From contig DAOUOW010000002.1 of assembly GCA_030626475.1 (NCBI GenBank), forward strand, positions 454 through 64,453: a stretch of DNA of 64,000 nt. Direction: 5' to 3'. Positions within the stretch are counted from its first letter, which is position 1, and the number at the start of each line of letters is the position of its first letter. The position numbers and the translations under genes were made by a program. The notes below the pieces were generated by a model that was given only the letters and a program-made list of their open reading frames with translations, was not told where the DNA came from and searched no databases. Shown here one piece after another: positions 23,175 to 33,195 of the stretch. Origin of the DNA: Chloroflexota bacterium. GTDB taxonomy: Bacteria; Chloroflexota; Dehalococcoidia; E44-bin15.

Positions 23175-24137
23175 GTGAACGCCATCGAGGTAATAGGGCT
23201 GGGGGCGATGAATATGGACCACATCTACGGGGTAGAGCGCATCCTGGGCGATGGCGAAACCACTGCAGTAGAGTTCAGGCTATCTCCTGGAGGCTCAGCA
23301 GCGAATACAATCTACGCTCTGGCCAAGCTGGGTATTAGCACTGGCTTCATTGGTGCCGTGGGCGATGATGGAGAGGGCGAGATGCTGGTGAAAGATTTGG
23401 CAAGCGTAGGTGTGGACGGGAGTCAGATCAAGGCCAAGAAGGGGGCAAAGACGGGCTCGGTGCTATGTCTCAGCGATAAGCGGGGAAGGCGAGCCCTCTA
23501 TGTGTTGCCTGGCGCCAATAGCCTGCTGACTGGCGGTGACGTAGACCTCGCCTACCTCAGCCAGGCCAAGATGCTTCATCTCTCCTCATTCGCTGATGAA
23601 CAGCAGTTGGCGATTCAGCAGGAGTTAATGGCGAAGATATCCCCCTCGCTCAAGGTTAGTTTCGCCCCGGGGTCAATCTACACTGCCAAAGGGATGAGCG
23701 CCCTGGAGCCGATAATAAGAAGGGCTGACATTCTTTTCCTCAACCGAGAGGAAGCCGAGGAGCTGACCGGCGTAGATTTTCAAACGGGGGCACAAAGGCT
23801 CAGGAGGCTAGGGTGCCAGAGCGTTGCTGTTACCCTGGGGCAAGGGATAAGGAGGGGAAAGAGTATCGCCACCTGCTATGTTGCTAGCGGCGAAGGCGAG
23901 CACATGATTGAAACCAGGAGAACGAAGAGGACCGATGGGGACACCATCGGCGCTGGCGACGCCTTTGCTGCCGGATTTATCTACGGCTTGTTGCATGGGA
24001 AGGAGCTAAAGGAATGCGGGCATTTGGGCGATGTGCTCGCCCGCTTCTCCATCACCAAAATCGGGGCCAGGGCTGGCCTTCCTTCTCTCCCCGAGCTGAG
24101 CCAGCACTACCAAAGGGAGCGCGGCCTCCCGCTATAA
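23175..24137 (+). CDS. PfkB-family carbohydrate/nucleoside kinase
   Basis: N-terminal GGSAANT and C-terminal DTIGAGDAFAAGFIYGLL signatures. Confidence 0.8.
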   Translation: MNAIEVIGLGAMNMDHIYGVERILGDGETTAVEFRLSPGGSAANTIYALAKLGISTGFIGAVGDDGEGEMLVKDLASVGVDGSQIKAKKGAKTGSVLCLSDKRGRRALYVLPGANSLLTGGDVDLAYLSQAKMLHLSSFADEQQLAIQQELMAKISPSLKVSFAPGSIYTAKGMSALEPIIRRADILFLNREEAEELTGVDFQTGAQRLRRLGCQSVAVTLGQGIRRGKSIATCYVASGEGEHMIETRRTKRTDGDTIGAGDAFAAGFIYGLLHGKELKECGHLGDVLARFSITKIGARAGLPSLPELSQHYQRERGLPL

Positions 24138-24140
24138 CCT

Positions 24141-24926
24141 CTACCTGGCCTTATACTCTGGCTTTCTCTTTTGGACAAAGGCCAGAGGCCCCTCCTTGGC
24201 GTCCTCAGTCTGGTGAAGGTTCTGGGACAATGCTTTCTCCAGATGCAGCGCATCCTCCAGGGGCATGCGAACACCCCTATAGACAGCCTCCTTTATTGTC
24301 CTCACCGCCAGGGGACCGTTTTCATTGATCCTGCGCGCCAGGGCTTCTGCTGCGGGCATGAGCTCAGCGGCAGGAACCACCTTGTTCACCAGCCCAATAC
24401 GGTAAGCCTCCTCAGCACTGATGAAGTCTCCGGTCATGAGGATCTCCAGGGCGATGCCAAAAGGGATAAAGCGGGGCAACCTCTGAGTGCCACCCCAACC
24501 GGGCATGATTGCCCGGAGCACCTCGGGCTGGCCGAGGCGGGCGTGCTCGGCGGCAATCCTGATGTCACAGGCAAGGGCTATCTCCAGGCCACCGCCAGCG
24601 GCAATGCCATTGATAGCGGCGATGAAGGGCTTATATACCTCCAGGCCACGCGTGGGGATGAGCGGCGGGTATATGTCCTGAGGAGGCTCCCCCCCCTCTA
24701 TCGTACTCCGGCGCATGGCCATCTCCTTAAGGTCAGCCCCTGCGGAGAAGGCCCGATCCCCGGTCCCCGTTATGATCGCGACCCAAACATCGGGATCGTC
24801 CCTGACCTTGATCCAGGCCTCGGTCAGGGCGTATACGGTCTCCTGATTGATGGCATTGAGTACTTCGGGGCGATTGAGGGTGATATAAGCGATGCGATCC
24901 TTCTTCTCATAGAGCACTACAGGCAT
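24141..24926 (-). CDS. Enoyl-CoA hydratase/isomerase (crotonase) family protein
   Basis: ITLNRPEVLNAI...FSAGADLKEM...KPFIAAINGIAAGGGLEIALACDIRIA. Confidence 0.88.
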   Translation of the reverse strand: MPVVLYEKKDRIAYITLNRPEVLNAINQETVYALTEAWIKVRDDPDVWVAIITGTGDRAFSAGADLKEMAMRRSTIEGGEPPQDIYPPLIPTRGLEVYKPFIAAINGIAAGGGLEIALACDIRIAAEHARLGQPEVLRAIMPGWGGTQRLPRFIPFGIALEILMTGDFISAEEAYRIGLVNKVVPAAELMPAAEALARRINENGPLAVRTIKEAVYRGVRMPLEDALHLEKALSQNLHQTEDAKEGPLAFVQKRKPEYKAR

Positions 24927-24944
24927 AACTCCCCCTTGTTAATA

Positions 24945-24978
24945 AGACTAAAAACGAACCAATCCCTCCGTTGAGGGA
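24945..24978 (-). terminator. Candidate intrinsic terminator after clpP
   Basis: Stem TCCCTC-cgtt-GAGGGA, followed on the minus strand by TTGGTTCGTTTTTA. Confidence 0.5.
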
Positions 24979-25026
24979 CTGGCTGCTCTCACTCCATGCT
25001 AGCGCCTATTGCTTTACTAAGCGCCG

Positions 25027-25635
25027 TTAGGTCTTACCCTCTGTCTTGCCCAAGATTTCGTCCACCAGCCCGTATTCCACCGCATCCTCGGCGCTGAGGT
25101 AGAAATCGCGATCGGTGTCGTGGGTGATCTTCTCCAGAGGTTGGCTGGTGTGCTCGGCGATGATGGCGCGGAGCTTCTGCTGCATGCGTATAATCTCGCG
25201 GGCAGCGATCTCTATGTCTGCCGCCTGTCCCTGAGCACCGCCTACGGGCTGATGCATGTGGATGGTTGAGTTGGGCAGGGCATAGCGCTTGCCCTTGGCC
25301 CCAGAGCAGAGAAGCAGGGTGCCCATGCTGGCGGCCAAGCCGACGCAGATAGTGGAGACATCGCAGCGGATGAGCTGCATGGTGTCGTAGATGGCAAGAC
25401 CAGCGCTGATTATCCCCCCAGGGCAGTGAATGTAAAGGCTAATATCTTTGTCTGGCTCCTCCCGCTCCAGATATAGGAGCTGGGCCACGACAAGGTTCGC
25501 CATCTGGTCGCTGATGGGCAGACCGAGAAAGACTATCCGCTCCCTGAGAAGCAGGGAATATATATCGAAGGCACGCTCCCCCCTAGGACCAGTCTCGATC
25601 ACCATCGGTATTATGCCCTTAGGTAAACCTTCCAT
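25027..25635 (-). CDS. clpP: ATP-dependent Clp protease proteolytic subunit
   Basis: [19 protein letters not shown]...[14 protein letters not shown]...IHMHQP (Ser-His-Asp triad context). Confidence 0.95.
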   Translation of the reverse strand: MEGLPKGIIPMVIETGPRGERAFDIYSLLLRERIVFLGLPISDQMANLVVAQLLYLEREEPDKDISLYIHCPGGIISAGLAIYDTMQLIRCDVSTICVGLAASMGTLLLCSGAKGKRYALPNSTIHMHQPVGGAQGQAADIEIAAREIIRMQQKLRAIIAEHTSQPLEKITHDTDRDFYLSAEDAVEYGLVDEILGKTEGKT

Positions 25636-25647
25636 CGCCTCCTCCTT

Positions 25648-26940
25648 TCACTCTTTAGTAGATTCAGCAGTAGGTTCAGCTTCGCCCCCTTGGGCGATCT
25701 CCGCTAGCTGTTTGATTGTCTTTCTAGTAAGCAGTGCATCCTCCAAGGACTGGCGAGCGGCCGCAGAGCTGAAGAGCCTTTTCAGCTCCTCCCCCTTTTC
25801 CCCTGCGCCCTGCGCCATGGTCTCCACCTCTTCTTCAACCTCGGCCTCGGTTACCTCGATCTTCTCCTCCTCAGCCACCTTGCCCAAAATAAGGGCGCGA
25901 GTGATCCTGTTTACCGCTAGAGGGCGAAGCTCCTCTCTCAGCTCCTCCTCGCTTTTGCCCTTGTCCTTGATCTGCTCCTCCAAGCTGCTCTTCCTCTCCC
26001 TGGTGAGGCGATCAATCTCACGCTCGACCAAAACGGGAGGGAAATCCGCCTTGGAAAGCTCAACCAGAGCCTCTATCGCCTTCTCCTCAAGGCGTCTTCT
26101 TGCCCTCTCCTCGGCCATTGCCTTTAGATTTGAAGCTGCACGCTGGCGCAGCGATTCCAGGGTTTCAAAGCCCTGGCCCAGGCTCTTGGCGAATTCATCA
26201 TCAAGCTCAGGCAGGTTCTTCTCCTTGATCTCGCTGACCAGCACCTTAAACCGATATTCCTTGCCTTCAAATTGGCCCGGCTCATGATCGTCAGGCAAAG
26301 AAATGGAAAACTCCTTCTCCTGCCCCTTCTCCAGTCCCTCCAGTTGCTCCCAAAATCCGGGAACAGGAAAGGGCGAGCCTTTGAGCACCTGGTACTGAAG
26401 CTCCCTTCTATCCCAAGCAGGCTTATCGTCTACGCTTCCCTCTACTTCTATGGTCACCAGATCGCCGAACTGGACTGGGCGCTCCGCTGGCTGCCATGGA
26501 GCGTGCTGGTGGCGAATCTGCTCCACAACCTTATCCACCTCCTCCTCATCGAACTCCACTGGCTCGGGGTCAACTCTAATCTGGCGATAATCCCCCAGTT
26601 CCACCGTGGGACGGACAGGGACGGTGGCCTTAAAAATCAGGGGGTCTTTTTGAGTGATCTCAATTTCAGGCTCAGCGATGGCATCGATCCCTTGCTCCTC
26701 AAGGGCGCGAGAATAAAGCTGGGAAGCGAGATGCTGCGCCGCCTCATCAAGGAGCACCTCTTTGCCAACATAGCGCTCCAGCATTGCCCGGGGCGCCTTC
26801 CCCCTTCTAAAGCCGGGAATATCGGTCGTCTTCACCAAATAATGGTATGCCTCGTCTAGGGCGGACTCGACCTCCTCAGACTCGGCTTCAATATTCAGGA
26901 CAACTTGGCTATTTTCAATTTTCTCCGAAGTTAGCTTCAC
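25648..26940 (-). CDS. tig: Trigger factor
   Basis: The N-terminal ribosome-binding signature GFRRGKAPR, a central PPIase-like region and an acidic C-terminal arm domain. Located directly upstream of clpP. Confidence 0.93.
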   Translation of the reverse strand: MKLTSEKIENSQVVLNIEAESEEVESALDEAYHYLVKTTDIPGFRRGKAPRAMLERYVGKEVLLDEAAQHLASQLYSRALEEQGIDAIAEPEIEITQKDPLIFKATVPVRPTVELGDYRQIRVDPEPVEFDEEEVDKVVEQIRHQHAPWQPAERPVQFGDLVTIEVEGSVDDKPAWDRRELQYQVLKGSPFPVPGFWEQLEGLEKGQEKEFSISLPDDHEPGQFEGKEYRFKVLVSEIKEKNLPELDDEFAKSLGQGFETLESLRQRAASNLKAMAEERARRRLEEKAIEALVELSKADFPPVLVEREIDRLTRERKSSLEEQIKDKGKSEEELREELRPLAVNRITRALILGKVAEEEKIEVTEAEVEEEVETMAQGAGEKGEELKRLFSSAAARQSLEDALLTRKTIKQLAEIAQGGEAEPTAESTKE

Positions 26941-26995
26941 CTTTCCTCCGCTAGATTATAGCACGAAAATGAGCCCTGTCCAACCAGACTGTCCA

Positions 26996-28564
26996 TTATT
27001 TGACCCATATTTCCTTTAGATAAGGGATGACCATAGGTGCAGCGAAGAAGCCCTCGATATAGGGCTTAACCAGAAGATAGTCCTGGCTGAAGAAAAGAGG
27101 CAGGCAGGGGGCGTCATCGACGATGATCGGTTCCACCTGCTGGTATATGGCGAGCCGGGCATCAAAATTGTTTTCCGTCCTCGCTGCCTCCAGCAGCCGA
27201 TCGACATCGGGATTGCTATAGGCAGTATGGTTCTCCCTGCTCTGGCTGTGGAAAAGGACGTCGAGGAAGTTCTCTGGGTCTGGATAGTCGGCGATCCAGC
27301 CAGTTGCAAAGACCTGAAGCCTTTGCTCCCTCATTTCATCAAGAAAGTCTCCCCATTCCAGCGTTTCGATCTCCACATCCACCCCCAGGTTTTCCTGCCA
27401 CATCCATGCTATCGCTATATTTAACGAAGATGCCGCACCACCACTGCCGGCTACAGTGAAGACGATAGGCGGCAACTGGGAGACATCGCCGTAGCTCGAC
27501 TCCGCGATGAGCTGTTGTGCCCGTTCCACATCGTAGCCTAGACCCTCCAGATTTTCATTATATCCCGGCATTCCAGGGGGAAGGATGCCAGCAGCGGGTG
27601 AGACAAGGTCTTTGAGCAATATCTCGATGATGTTATCCTTGTCCACAGCATGGCAGAAGGCCTGGCGCACCTTAACGTCATCGAAGGGTGGAACTGAACT
27701 ATTAAAGCCGATATACCAGGTGGAAAGCTGAGGTGCGATGACCAGCTCATCATGCAATGGGTTGTAGGGGTCAAGTACCCTTTCGATGTTCCCAGTTCCT
27801 ACTGAAGTTATGTCAATCTCACCATCCTCGTACATCATCATTGAGTTGCCGATAAGGTGGAAGGTCACCCTCTCCAGCTTGGCCATGCCGCGGTAGAAGA
27901 GGTCAGTCCGCTCGAGGACGATCCTCTGCCCCTCGCTCCACTCTGTGAGGTTGAAGGGGCCGGTTCCATTGGGATTTTTCGTCCAGTCGGCTCCGGATTC
28001 CACATTTTCGCGGTCGACAACAAAGGCGGTAGAATGCGTTAGTTTGGAAAGGAAATAGGCTTTGGGGGCATCGATGGTGATCTCTAGGGTCTCATCGTCG
28101 ATCACCCTGACCCCGCTGATCTCTTGTGCCTCGCCTCTGAGCTTCTCCTTGACCCCCACAATGTCGCCGAGATAAGTTTCCGCTATGGGGGACCCGGTCT
28201 GTGGGTCGGCGGCACGCTCTAAGGAATACTTGAAATCGTTGGCTGTTACCTCCCTGCCATTGTGGAACATGACATCGTGGCGGAGGTGGAAAGTATAGGT
28301 CTTGCCATCGGGGCTGATGTCCCAGCTCTTGGCAATATCAGGAACGACCTCTAGGTCATGATTCAGGGTCACCAGGCCGCTGAAGATCTCCACAATGTAG
28401 CTCCCTGAGGTGGCATCACCACAGAGGGCAGGGTCCAGGGTGGTGGGTTCAGTGCGAGATAGGTTTAAGTCCCTGCCGCCGGGTTCTATCAGACAACCTG
28501 GGGCTAGGGTGGTTAAAGCGAAAACAAAGACCATCGCCACCAGGGCGATGGCAATTTTTCTCAT
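26996..28564 (-). CDS. ABC transporter substrate-binding lipoprotein, family 5 (peptide/nickel type)
   Basis: Signal peptide plus lipobox MRKIAIALVAMVFVFALTTLAPGC. The family-5 core is AKSWDISPDGKTYTFHLRHDVMFHNGREVTANDFKYSLER. I chose the ATG at 28564 (RBS GAGGAAAG) over the upstream start at 28615. No permease or ATPase gene lies nearby. Confidence 0.85.
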   Translation of the reverse strand: MRKIAIALVAMVFVFALTTLAPGCLIEPGGRDLNLSRTEPTTLDPALCGDATSGSYIVEIFSGLVTLNHDLEVVPDIAKSWDISPDGKTYTFHLRHDVMFHNGREVTANDFKYSLERAADPQTGSPIAETYLGDIVGVKEKLRGEAQEISGVRVIDDETLEITIDAPKAYFLSKLTHSTAFVVDRENVESGADWTKNPNGTGPFNLTEWSEGQRIVLERTDLFYRGMAKLERVTFHLIGNSMMMYEDGEIDITSVGTGNIERVLDPYNPLHDELVIAPQLSTWYIGFNSSVPPFDDVKVRQAFCHAVDKDNIIEILLKDLVSPAAGILPPGMPGYNENLEGLGYDVERAQQLIAESSYGDVSQLPPIVFTVAGSGGAASSLNIAIAWMWQENLGVDVEIETLEWGDFLDEMREQRLQVFATGWIADYPDPENFLDVLFHSQSRENHTAYSNPDVDRLLEAARTENNFDARLAIYQQVEPIIVDDAPCLPLFFSQDYLLVKPYIEGFFAAPMVIPYLKEIWVK

Positions 28565-28628
28565 CGGCGTCTTTCCTCTACGGCGATTCATCATACCCCT
28601 GGCCTTCCGCCGCATCTGTAGAGAGCCT

Positions 28629-30398
28629 TCATTCGCGCCTCAGCCTGAGATGCAACTCCCTGAGCTGTTCCTCCGATACCGGAGAGGGGGCATCGAACAT
28701 CACATCCATGGCGCTCTGGTTCTTGGGGAAGGGGATCACATCCCTGATGGTCTCCTCTCCAGCGAGGAGCATTACCACGCGATCGATTCCAGGGGCGATG
28801 CCGCCGTGGGGTGGGGCACCATATTCAAAGGCTTCAAGTAGGTGCCCGAACCTCTGATTCACCTCCTCCTTCCCATATCCCAATAGGCTAAATACCTTCT
28901 CCTGTAGCTCACGGTTGTGGATCCTGATGCTGCCGCTGGAGAGCTCACAGCCATTGCACACCAGGTCGTAATGCTTGGCATGTACCCTCTCTGGGGCGGT
29001 ATCCAGCAGCGGGATATCCTCATCCCTTGGTGCAGTGAAGGGGTGATGCATCGGCTCCCACCTTCCCTCCTCCTCGCTCCACTCGAAGAGGGGATAATCG
29101 AGGATGAAGCAGAAGACGAGGAGGTTGGGGTCGGCAAGTTCGAGGCGTTGGGCAACTTCCAGGCGCAGGGCACTAAGTGCCCCTTCCACCACACTGGGTT
29201 TGCCGGCAACGATAAGGAGGAGGTCGCCTTCCTTGGCCTCAAACCTGGCTGCCATCTCCTTGACCTGCTCTGGAGTCAGGAATCTGGCAGCAACGGACTT
29301 CGCCTGTTCCTTCTCTGGGGCAAGGGGCAAGGTAATCAGCCCCTGGGCGCCGCGGGCCTGAACAAACTCAGTCAGCTCCTCAAGCTGGCGCCGCGAGTAA
29401 TGGGCGCAACCGGGGGCACATATCCCCTTCACCTTCCCCCCATCCTCGAGGGCGGAGCGAAAGACGGCGAAATCGCATCGGGCTGCGATGTCCGATAAAT
29501 CCCTGATCTCGACGCTGAAGCGGAGGTCGGGCTTATCTATGCCATAGCGCTCCATGGCATCAAGATAGGAAAGGCGGGGGAAAGGCTTCATCACCTTCAT
29601 GCCCGGCTTCACATTCTCCACCAGGGCGGTGAAAAGCTCCTCCATCAAGCTGAGGATGTCCTCTTCATCGACAAAGCTCATCTCGAGGTCAAGCTGGGTG
29701 AATTCTGGCTGGCGGTCGGCGCGCAGGTCTTCGTCGCGGAAGCACCTTGCTATCTGGAAGTATTTCTCAAAGCCGGCCACCATGAGGAGCTGCTTTAGCT
29801 GCTGCGGGGACTGGGGCAGGGCATAGAACCTCCCGGGATGGAGCCGGCTCGGCACCAGATAGTCTCTTGCCCCTTCAGGGGTGCTCTTGATCAAAATCGG
29901 GGTCTCAATCTCGATGAAGCCCTTGGCATCCAGAAAATCACGGATAAACTTTACCACGCGGTAGCGCAGGATCATGTTGTCCCTCATCCGCTCGCGGCGC
30001 AGGTCGAGATAGCGGTACTTGAGGCGAAGGTTCTCATCGACCTCTACATCCTCACTCACGTCAAAGGGAGGGGTCCTGGAGGGATTGAGGATTTCTGCAT
30101 CCTCAGCGATAACCTCCACCTCGCCTGTGGCCAGCTTCGGGTTCTCCGTTCCCGGGGGGCGCTTCGCCACTTCACCGGAAACCTTCACCACGTATTCATG
30201 GCGCAACTTGGTGGCTACCTCACGCCCTTCCTTGGACACCTCAGGATTGAACACCACCTGCACCAGCCCCTCTCGATCCCGCAAATCGATGAACACCAAG
30301 CCCCCGTGATCCCTCCTCCGATGCACCCAGCCGGCAAGGGTCACCTTCTGCCCCACATTGTTTCTGGTTAGCTCTCCACAACTATTGGTCTTGAGCAT
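28629..30398 (-). CDS. aspS: Aspartyl-tRNA synthetase
   Basis: OB-fold N-terminus (VTLAGWVHRRRDHGGLVFIDLRD). Class II motifs FRDEDLRADRQPEFTQLD, GSIRIH and GGIAPGIDRVVMLL. Confidence 0.95.
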   Translation of the reverse strand: MLKTNSCGELTRNNVGQKVTLAGWVHRRRDHGGLVFIDLRDREGLVQVVFNPEVSKEGREVATKLRHEYVVKVSGEVAKRPPGTENPKLATGEVEVIAEDAEILNPSRTPPFDVSEDVEVDENLRLKYRYLDLRRERMRDNMILRYRVVKFIRDFLDAKGFIEIETPILIKSTPEGARDYLVPSRLHPGRFYALPQSPQQLKQLLMVAGFEKYFQIARCFRDEDLRADRQPEFTQLDLEMSFVDEEDILSLMEELFTALVENVKPGMKVMKPFPRLSYLDAMERYGIDKPDLRFSVEIRDLSDIAARCDFAVFRSALEDGGKVKGICAPGCAHYSRRQLEELTEFVQARGAQGLITLPLAPEKEQAKSVAARFLTPEQVKEMAARFEAKEGDLLLIVAGKPSVVEGALSALRLEVAQRLELADPNLLVFCFILDYPLFEWSEEEGRWEPMHHPFTAPRDEDIPLLDTAPERVHAKHYDLVCNGCELSSGSIRIHNRELQEKVFSLLGYGKEEVNQRFGHLLEAFEYGAPPHGGIAPGIDRVVMLLAGEETIRDVIPFPKNQSAMDVMFDAPSPVSEEQLRELHLRLRRE

Positions 30399-30468
30399 AA
30401 AGCCTCCCTAATTAACAGATGGATTATAGCTTATAAGCGGGTGCTTTTTCAATCAACATAGCTAGCCT

Positions 30469-30497
30469 TTGAAGCGTCTCGTAAAAGGGGGTATAAT
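30469..30497 (+). promoter_or_regulatory. Candidate hypF promoter
   Basis: TTGAAG (30469-30474), a 17-nt spacer, then TATAAT (30492-30497). The implied leader is short. Confidence 0.45.
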
Positions 30498-30512
30498 AGT
30501 AATAGGGATGGA

Positions 30513-32810
30513 ATGACGAGGACAAAGGCCACAGAGCTACTTCAAATAAGCGTCCGCGGCGTAGTTCAGGGGGTTGGCTTCAGACCCTTCGTTTATCAGC
30601 TAGCTACGAAACATGACCTGAAGGGCTGGGTATTAAACACCTCGGGCGATGTCAAGATCGAGGTCGAGGGCGGGAAGGATGCGCTAGACCACTTCATTGT
30701 TGAACTGCAAACGATGGCACCACCATTAGCCCGCATCGAGGGCATCACCGCCACTGAGGCCCCGGCTAAAGGTTACACCCAATTTGAAATACGCCACAGC
30801 CTTGCCGAAGAGGGCAAGTACCAGTTGGTCTCCCCCGACATCGCTACTTGCGAAGCCTGTAAAGGGGAGCTCCTGTCGCCTGAAGATCGGCGCTATCGCT
30901 ACCCTTTCACTAACTGTACCAACTGCGGACCGCGCTTCACCATCATCGAAGACATACCCTACGACCGTCCCAAGACCACGATGCGCCACTTCAGGATGTG
31001 TCCCGATTGCCAGCAGGAATATGATGACCCCCTGGATCGTCGCTTCCATGCCCAGCCTAACGCCTGCCCCAGATGCGGCCCCTCTCTCGAACTGACCGAC
31101 AGCGATGGTAGAACTATCGCTGTGGAAGATGTTATTGCCTCTGCCAGTAAATTGCTAAGGGAGGGAAAGATTCTGGCTATCAAGGGGCTGGGAGGCTTTC
31201 ACCTTGCCTGCGATGCCACCAATGGGGAGGCGATTCAAACTTTAAGGGACAGAAAAAGGCGCCCCTATAAGCCACTGGCGATAATGTTGGCCACCCTGGA
31301 ACAGGTCAAAGAGCACTGCTTCGTTTCCGTGGAAGAGGAGAAGCTGCTCACCTCCACTGAGTGCCCTATCCTGCTGCTGAGGTGGAAAGATGACTCCTCT
31401 GTTTCGCGCAGGGTGGCGCCCGAACTCAAGTACCTGGGGGTGATGCTCCCTTATACCCCGTTGCATCACGTGCTGCTCAGGGAGACGGGTCTCCCTCTGG
31501 TGATGACCAGCGGCAATATCAGCGAGGAACCAATCGCTAAGGACAATGATGAGGCGCTGCGGAGACTCAAGGGCATCGCTGACTTTTTCGTTGTTCACAA
31601 TCGGGACATCCATGCCCGCTATGACGACACCGTAGCCTTTGTCGAGAGGGGCAAGATGCAACTGGTGCGGCGGGCACGGGGCTATGCCCCCTATCCCATC
31701 CACCTCCCCTTTAAGGCAAAGGAGGTTCTTGCCTGCGGCGCGGAGCTCAAGAATACCGTCTGTGTCACCAGGGAGGATCATGCCTTCATCAGCCAGCATA
31801 TTGGCGATATGGAGAATGTGGAAACTCTGGAGCACTTTGCCAATACCATCGAGCTTTATCAGAAGCTTTTCCGCATCAAGCCTCAGATTCTGGCCTACGA
31901 CCTGCACCCCGAATATCTGGCCACTAAGTATGCAAAGGAGCAGGGGAGCAAGTTCGCTCTCGTTCCCGTGCAGCATCATCATGCCCACATCGTCAGTTGC
32001 ATGGTGGAAAATGGGGTTCAGGAGCCTGTTATCGGGGTTGCCTTCGATGGCACGGGATATGGCAGCGATGGCACCATCTGGGGAGGGGAGTTTCTGATAG
32101 CTGACTTCAAAGGCTTTGAGCGGGTGGGGCATCTGGAGTATGTGCCCCTGCCTGGCGGCGCCGCTGCCATAGAACGACCCTACCGCATGGCTTTTTCGCA
32201 CCTTTTCACCCTCCTGGGAGAAAGCGCGCTCGACAGGGAGCTGCCCTTCTTGAGAGACATCGACCCGTATGAAAAAGAGGTTTTGAAACGGCAGCTCGAA
32301 AAAAAGATCAATTGCCCCATGACCTCCAGTTGCGGCCGCCTCTTCGACGGGGTATCGGCGCTCATCGGCATCAGGGCGAGGGTGGACTACGAGGCTCAGG
32401 CAGCCATCGAGCTCGAGATGGCAGCCCCCGATGATTTCCAGAGCACTGACTCCTATCCCTTCTCCATAGCGGAACAGGACGGAGTGAAGATTGTCAAATT
32501 GAGCGAATTATTCCAAGCAATAATCCACGATCTGGAGAATGGCCTTCCTGTAAGCACAATTTCAGCCAGGTTTCACCACACCATGGCAAGGATGGTGGCT
32601 GATATATGTCATCGCATCGCCGCCGAAAGGGGGATAAGAACGGTTGCCCTGAGCGGTGGCGTGTTTCAGAATCGCCTGCTGCTGAGGCTTGCCGCCGACC
32701 TTCTGGAGAGGGAGGGATTTGTGGTGCTCACCCATAGCCTAGTGCCCACCAACGATGGCGGCATCTCATTGGGGCAGGCGACGATTGCCAATTTCGTTTT
32801 TTCGAACTGA
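30513..32810 (+). CDS. hypF: [NiFe]-hydrogenase maturation carbamoyltransferase HypF
   Basis: Acylphosphatase domain (VRGVVQGVGFRPFVY), two Zn-finger pairs (CEACKGEL..NCTNCGPRF; CPDCQQEY..CPRCGP), a YrdC-like domain and a Kae1-like domain. Confidence 0.95.
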   Translation: MTRTKATELLQISVRGVVQGVGFRPFVYQLATKHDLKGWVLNTSGDVKIEVEGGKDALDHFIVELQTMAPPLARIEGITATEAPAKGYTQFEIRHSLAEEGKYQLVSPDIATCEACKGELLSPEDRRYRYPFTNCTNCGPRFTIIEDIPYDRPKTTMRHFRMCPDCQQEYDDPLDRRFHAQPNACPRCGPSLELTDSDGRTIAVEDVIASASKLLREGKILAIKGLGGFHLACDATNGEAIQTLRDRKRRPYKPLAIMLATLEQVKEHCFVSVEEEKLLTSTECPILLLRWKDDSSVSRRVAPELKYLGVMLPYTPLHHVLLRETGLPLVMTSGNISEEPIAKDNDEALRRLKGIADFFVVHNRDIHARYDDTVAFVERGKMQLVRRARGYAPYPIHLPFKAKEVLACGAELKNTVCVTREDHAFISQHIGDMENVETLEHFANTIELYQKLFRIKPQILAYDLHPEYLATKYAKEQGSKFALVPVQHHHAHIVSCMVENGVQEPVIGVAFDGTGYGSDGTIWGGEFLIADFKGFERVGHLEYVPLPGGAAAIERPYRMAFSHLFTLLGESALDRELPFLRDIDPYEKEVLKRQLEKKINCPMTSSCGRLFDGVSALIGIRARVDYEAQAAIELEMAAPDDFQSTDSYPFSIAEQDGVKIVKLSELFQAIIHDLENGLPVSTISARFHHTMARMVADICHRIAAERGIRTVALSGGVFQNRLLLRLAADLLEREGFVVLTHSLVPTNDGGISLGQATIANFVFSN

Positions 32811-32893
32811 TATAGGCGGGCAGTTAGAGTAATCTATAAATAGTAGAAGTGACCTCAATAAAATGAGAGGATTGTAAAGGGGCGAAAAGAAAA

Positions 32894-33127
32894 ATGTGTC
32901 TTGCCATACCGGCGCTGGTTAAATCCATAGATGGAAATGAGGCTGAGGCGGAGCTGGGCGGCATAAGCCGAAGGATAAGCATCCTCCTCACCCCTGAGGC
33001 TAAGGTGGGCGATTACGTGCTGCTGCACACCGGTTATGCCATCAATGTCATTGATGAGGAGGAGGCTAAGGAGACCCTGAAACTGCTTGCCGAAATGGCA
33101 TCACTTGAGGAGGAATTAGAAGAATAG
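32894..33127 (+). CDS. hypC: Hydrogenase assembly chaperone HypC/HupF
   Basis: The invariant N-terminus MCLAIPA, 77 aa. Confidence 0.9.
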   Translation: MCLAIPALVKSIDGNEAEAELGGISRRISILLTPEAKVGDYVLLHTGYAINVIDEEEAKETLKLLAEMASLEEELEE

Positions 33128-33195
33128 ACCACGAGCCAAGAACTCATCCTGGGTGTAGCCTAACTTTCGGGAAACAGGCCCAGTTCGAAAAGAAA

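Noticed and set aside
24171-24974. 267-aa ORF on the plus strand.
   Set aside because: It is antisense to the crotonase gene, which has canonical motifs. Shadow ORF.
25448-26287. 279-aa Ser-rich ORF on the plus strand.
   Set aside because: It is antisense to clpP and tig. The Ser/Leu runs are the complement of the Glu-rich trigger-factor codons.
31242-32201. 319-aa ORF on the minus strand.
   Set aside because: It is antisense to hypF, which is unambiguous. No motifs recognised; shadow ORF.
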